Part shown: positions 9,344 through 14,609 of the stretch, piece after piece
Position numbering within the stretch: the first letter of the stretch is position 1
Layout: each line of letters opens with the position of its first letter
NCBI RefSeq assembly: GCF_006345805.1
Contig: NW_021825636.1
Coordinates: 1 to 14,609, forward strand
From: Octopus sinensis
Lineage: Eukaryota
DNA length: 14,609 nt
Direction: 5' to 3'
Notes under the pieces: generated by a model
The model's database searches: none
What the model was told of the DNA's origin: nothing
What the model saw: the letters and a program-made list of their open reading frames with translations, nothing else
Position numbers and translations under genes: made by a program

Positions 9344-9970
9344 TTAACCCTTTAACATTCAGGTTCCTCTCTCAAATGTAATACTCTTTTTACTCTTTTA
9401 CTTGTTTCAGTTATTTGACTGCGGCAATGCTGGAGCACCGCCTTTAATCGAGCAACTCGACCCCGGGACTTATTCTTTTGTAAGCCCAGTACTTATTCTA
9501 TCGGTCTCTTTTGCAGAACCGCTAAGTAACGGGGACGTAAACACACCAGCATCGGTTGTCAAGCGATGTTGGGGGGGGGGACAAACACAGACACACAAAC
9601 ACATACACCATATATATATATATACATATATACGACAGGCTTCTTTCAGTTTCCGTCTACCAAATCCACTCACAAGGCATTGGTCGGCCCGGGGCTATAG
9701 TAGAAGACAGTTGCCCAAGATGCCACGCAGTGGGATTGAACCCGGAACCATGTGGTTGGTTAGCAAGCTACTTACCACACAGCTACTCCTGCGGTTCATT
9801 TATTCACGTTGTTTTATAGTTTATTATATATTTATCATACATTATCTCTGAGATTTTAATCATGTTATTGATTATATCTAAAATGACATTGTAGGGTAAA
9901 TGTGAGAGGTCTCATGAAGCAGGAGGAGTGTTTGGACCTGTTATGGCCGCTCTGAATACAAATAAGTTAA
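9344..9970. mobile_element. TTAA-flanked piggyBac-like MITE remnant with nested SINE A
   Basis: Left end TTAACCCTTTAACATTCAG (9344-9362) and right end CTGAATACAAATAAGTTAA (9952-9970) are inverted at 13/19 including the TTAA. TTAA+CCC is the piggyBac-type terminus. The internal parts (9348-9382, 9794-9966) resemble a frequent octopus repeat as I recall it. Confidence 0.6.
9383..9793 (-). mobile_element. SINE family A, full length
   Basis: Reverse-complement match to 107-513 over its whole length, including the internal microsatellite and the tail. Confidence 0.9.
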
Positions 9971-10295
9971 ATGTGTCGTTTCAAGTTTGCGATCCACACT
10001 CTTGACTGCCTCTGTATTACTCTTGATACCCATATCGTTTCTACCACATAACCTTAATTTCCTTTCATTTTCATGTTATCTCTCATAATTTCTCGATTTA
10101 CTGTTGGTATTCCCGCGTGCTGTGACCATTGCTCTCTTGCTAAGTGACGTGTCACAATATCACAACCCCATCTTTCTCATTTTTTTTCGACTTTGCTGCT
10201 ATTTTTACACTGACTATTTAATAAACTGTTTCTGACTCAGGCAATTTGAAGAATACATGGAAGAACTGCCCATGACTTCGTATTATTTCTGGCGT

Positions 10296-10520
10296 TTCTC
10301 TTTACTCTTTTATCTTTTTATTGTTTATGTCATTCCACTGCGGCCATGGTGTAACAGCACCTTGAAGAGTTTCTTCTCGAATGAAATGACCCTTGTACTT
10401 ATATTTTTAAGGCCTTATTTGCCAAACTGCTAGATGCCGAGGACGTCGTACCACAGCAATGGTTGTCAAGTAGTGTTCGAAGACACAGCGACATACACAT
10501 ACACACACACACACACACAT

Positions 10521-10554
<34 letters not shown>

Positions 10555-10709
10555 GTGTGTGGGTGTGTGTGTACGACGGGAGTGTTTCAGTTTCCATCTA
10601 CCAAATCCACCCATAAAATTTGGCCGACCCGATTTGTCTCTCAGTAAAACTGAAACCGGGACCTTGTGGTTGGGAAGCGATCTTTTTAACCATAGAGCCA
10701 CACCTGCCT
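10296..10709 (-). mobile_element. SINE family A, old diverged copy with internal deletion
   Basis: Colinear blocks with 9383-9793 (TTTACTCTTTT, CTGCGGCCATG, GGTTGTCAAG, microsatellite, TACGACGG..TTTCAGTTTCCATCTACCAAATCCAC, AAACCGGGACCTTGTGGTTGG). The CORE-like block is missing. Confidence 0.75.
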
Positions 10710-11521
10710 CTATGTGGTTCCTATTTTTTTTTTGTTTACCTGCTTGATAGATCTGCTCTAATATAAATAATACAGACAAATTGAAGGTAAAATAGTTCTT
10801 TTATTTTCTCATATCTAGAAGAAACTATATTTAAAAAATGGTTTTAAAATGGTTTTAAAACGCTGAAATACTGTTGCCCATTTACGGTATATTCTTAATC
10901 CGTGCTATTATGAAAACTATGATAACAAAACTATGGAAGGACATAAAACATTCTTTCTTTTTTAACAATGAAAGACTATTAAAGTTACATAGCATAACAA
11001 TGATGTGATTCCGTCTGATATTAACAAGTACTTAAAATAGAACCTCCAATATCATTGGGTATTATATTAGACCACTTTAATTATTGTTAGGGCAATGTGT
11101 ACAATTTATTTCTCATTATTCTATATTACGTTTTACGTTCTATTTTTCCCTATTAGAGACATTGTTAAATCACTGTTCTATTGTAATTTTTATTTGCAAT
11201 GTTTCTCAGTGATTGTCCTTGCGCTAATCACGATATCTTTGATATTATTATAGCTGTTATGATCGGTGATAATGTAGCTGTTAATTGCCCGAGTCTTTCT
11301 ATTTTTTTTCTCATTTCAAGAAATTTTGTTGTCAGCAACCGTTGGAATTGTTATTGCATTCATTAATCATTGTTGAAAAAGATGAATTGAGAAGATTCTT
11401 CATTGATCTCAAGAATTCGGTACAACTTTGAAGAATGCAAGGTTAACACGTATGTTTTGGTTTTGGTTTTGTTTTGGTTTAAAGAATATCGTCATGGTTT
11501 GCAAAAGTTTTTTAACATATA

Positions 11522-11687
11522 GGCGTAGGAGTGGCTATGTGGTAAGTAGCTTGCTTACCAACCACATGGTTCTGGGTTCAGTCCCACTGCGTGGCACCTT
11601 GAGCAAGTGTCTTCTACTATAGCCTCGGTCCGACCAAAGTCTTGTGAATGAATTTCGTAGACGGAAACAGAAAGAATCCGTCGTATA

Positions 11688-11724
<37 letters not shown>

Positions 11725-11922
11725 GTGTGTTTGTGTGTCTGTGTTTGTCTCCCCAAAATCGCTTGACGACAGATGTTGGTGTGTTTTTGTCCCCGTAACT
11801 TAGCGGTTCGGCAAAAGAAACCGATAGAATATGTACTAGGCTTACAAAGAATAAGTCCTAGGGGCGATTTGCTCGACTAAAGGTGTTGCTCTAGCATGGC
11901 CGCAGTCAAAAGAGTAAGAGTA
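11522..11922 (+). mobile_element. SINE family A, near full length
   Basis: Colinear with 107-513; short deletion before the tail (GTCAAA joined to AGAGTAAGAG). Confidence 0.9.
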
Positions 11923-12132
11923 TAAAACAATGTATAAAGCAATGCTAAGTGTGAATTAAGCAAAAGGTATTCGGTTAAGAACGTGGTTCAATCTCGATCA
12001 GAATATTCAGGTTACGAAAGAAAACAAAATAAACGTGGGTAAACATAAATATTATCAATGCTATAATTATTATCAGACTAGTTATTGGAAATGTCATTAT
12101 ATTTTGAAGTATTTGTTGTGGATTTTAAGTCC

Positions 12133-12228
12133 TGGGCTCGAATATGGCCGTCATTGAATTTCGTTTTCTTACCCTCGGTGTCAACAAAATGAGTAATCGA
12201 CTAACTCCCTTCCCTAACCCAAATGCTA
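12133..12228 (+). mobile_element. Highly decayed SINE family B fragment
   Basis: Weak colinear match to the central part of family B (CTCGGTGTCAACAAAATGAGTA, then ATCGACTAACTCCC). Confidence 0.4.
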
Positions 12229-12237
12229 CTCCCTCAA

Positions 12238-12256
12238 CTGCTGCTGCTGCTGCTGT

Positions 12257-12317
<61 letters not shown>
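12238..12317. repeat. (CTG)n(TAC)n trinucleotide repeat
   Basis: Direct reading. Confidence 0.96.
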
Positions 12318-12318
<1 letters not shown>

Positions 12319-12361
12319 ATATGACACTTATAGTTCTTTTTCTCAACTTCTCCTTCTTCTA

Positions 12362-12397
<36 letters not shown>
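12362..12397. repeat. (ATT)n repeat
   Basis: Direct reading. Confidence 0.96.
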
Positions 12398-12399
<2 letters not shown>

Positions 12400-12567
12400 G
12401 TCGGTGAGCTCGCAGAATCGTTAGCACGCGGGGCAAAATTGCTTTGCGTCATTTCGTGCGCCTTCACGTCTCCTGTTCAAATTCCTCAGAAGTCCACTTT
12501 AACTTTCAGCCTTTCGGGGTCGATGATGTAAGTACCAGTTATATACTGAGGACGATCTGATCGACTA
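12398..12567 (+). mobile_element. SINE family B, diverged, 3'-truncated
   Basis: CGGTGAGCTCGCAGAATCGTTAGCACG head, GTTCAAATTCC B box, CCTTTCGGGGTCGAT..AAGTACCAGTT..TCGACT; colinear with 1842-1675. Confidence 0.8.
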
Positions 12568-12584
12568 CTTTTTTCAGGACAGCA

Positions 12585-12797
12585 CGCTCGCAGAATAACT
12601 ATCACGTCGATCAAAATACTGAACGGGCGTCTCCTCCGGCTTTCTGAGTTCAAATTCCGACGAAATCGATTTTAGCTCTAATCCATCCGCGGATCGATGA
12701 AATACGTGTCAGTATGGCTCAGGGGATCGAGGTAATAGTCTTGTCCCACCCCTTCAATTATCGGGCTTTGTGCGAATAGTACAAAGAATTATTATTA
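12585..12797 (+). mobile_element. SINE family B, older diverged copy with a different 3' end and (ATT)n tail
   Basis: GCTCGCAGAAT head remnant, TTCTGAGTTCAAATTCC, GGATCGATGAAATA, GGGGATCGAGGTAAT, then a tail unlike that of 1608-1842. Confidence 0.65.
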
Positions 12798-13460
12798 TCA
12801 ATACCAATATCACCTTACCTGTATTTTCGTATTGCCATTATGATCCCGTTATTGTTAAGCTTCATAATACTCTCAGCTTTGCAAGTATTTTCCTTGATGT
12901 TGTTTTTGTTGTTCTTCTTATGGCCCCTGTCATTGTGACTGATATAGTCGTTTCACCATAGAGAGCATAATTGGCGTAGAACGTCTACGTCAGCCATATT
13001 CTAAATTGGTTCAACCAGAATATTAAGAAATATTCTTCAAATTGGATTCCGGCTCTCACTTTTCCTTCCTCTTGATTCTTGTGATAGATTCAAAAATCAT
13101 ATATCATTCTTCAAATATTCCATTGTTATACAATTTTCCATTCCCCCCCCCCATTTCCCGTTGTTGTGAGATCATCTCAGAGACCTTCCATTTTATACAT
13201 TTATTTGTATTTATATGCTCCATTGTATGTGTATATATATAGAAATACACACACACACACATACACACGCGAGCGTACACGCATATTTATGCCATACGTA
13301 TCGAACAAACGCATTTATCTCAGCTGCGCGTCTTTGAAAGACGCCTGGATACATAGAAAAATCACATACCTTTTAGAAAAGCTAGCAACTAGAAAAGTGC
13401 ATAGAAAACCAGAGATATAATTCATACATACACACTCATACATCTATATATATATATATA

Positions 13461-13492
<32 letters not shown>

Positions 13493-13899
13493 GATAGTGT
13501 GTGTCTTTGAAAGCCCTCATCCAGCCTATATCATTTCATATTTATGACTAAGAGTTCAAAAATAAACTACATAAAATTTAAAAAAATCTAAGCATATATA
13601 TTTCCCCCTACCCATATTCAATACAGCAATCATTTCTACACACTGTCGCTGTTTCGGGCGCCTTATTTATTTCTTGTTTTTGTACTTCTAACAATATTAA
13701 ACGCATAACGCTATATACATAATTATTATCTTTAAGTCACACTACTATTTTATCTTTTCATTATTTCATCTTAACGATTCTAAATCGATGCGGTTGCCAT
13801 CTTTAATAACCAGCATTTTTTTCTATTATCGCTGCTCCAATATATAAGGTGTTTATAACGTGTATTTTGCAAATTTTCTGCATACATATATGCCTATAA

Positions 13900-14232
13900 T
13901 TATTAAATATTCTCATTTACATATATATATATATAAGCTTACGCAGCATATAGGTGTATATATATTATATATATATAGATATATATATATATATATATGT
14001 TATATATGTATATATTACACACACACACACACACCACACACATATATATATATATTATATATATAATATATATAGGATGTTTATTAGATGAATATATAGG
14101 TTTATATATCTATCTAGATTAATCGAGAGGTAGACATGCAGACGGATATGTAGGTATATCAGTATAGAGATATATATATAGAGAGAGATAGATCGATACA
14201 TACATAGATGTACTTATACACACACAAAGATG

Positions 14233-14286
<54 letters not shown>

Positions 14287-14419
14287 TTGTATATACGTTC
14301 TAAACGCAGAAACAGACATATATATGATATATAAATTTTCTTATGTATGCATACATATTTATACCACTGTGTACATATACATTCATTTACATAAGTGTAT
14401 ACACACACACACATACACA

Positions 14420-14490
<71 letters not shown>

Positions 14491-14609
14491 AGAGAGAGAG
14501 AGAGAGAAAAAGAGTGCGAGAGAGAGAGAGTGACAGAGGGAGAGAGTGACACAGGGAGAGAGAGAGACAAACAGTTAAATAGATGGATAAAACAGGTAAA
14601 TATATATGT
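13900..14609. repeat. Compound (AT)n/(CA)n/(GT)n/(GA)n low-complexity region
   Basis: Direct reading. Confidence 0.9.

Noticed and set aside
10217-10285. Possible micro-exon CAG|GCAATTTGAAGAATACATGGAAGAACTGCCC
   Set aside because: Acceptor plausible but donor weak, and too short to support without transcripts.
11455-11480. (TTTTGG)n-like run as interstitial telomere
   Set aside because: Very short, irregular and not the TTAGGG unit expected in molluscs.
12125-12362. Poly-Thr/poly-Val ORFs
   Set aside because: Translation of the (CTG)n(TAC)n repeat.

Overview
AT-rich, repeat-dense eukaryotic non-coding DNA (intronic or intergenic). Long (AT)n/(CA)n/(CTAT)n tracts and the SINE families point to an octopus or other coleoid cephalopod; this is my recognition, not a database result. 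The window holds four tRNA-headed SINE families (labelled A-D here), a decayed CR1-type LINE ORF2 fragment split by a SINE with a clear target-site duplication, a TTAA-flanked MITE-like element with a nested SINE, and a probable LINE 3' end sharing its last 40 nt with SINE B. No complete protein-coding gene is supported. Most ORFs in the track are translations of microsatellites or SINEs; one orphan exon candidate (4585-4793) is plausible. The most unusual structures are a near-perfect ~90-bp-arm foldback (3402-3609) and a ~160-bp hairpin (583-742) whose apex looks like a type I hammerhead ribozyme that has lost its CUGANGA core. I found no clearly novel multi-gene system.
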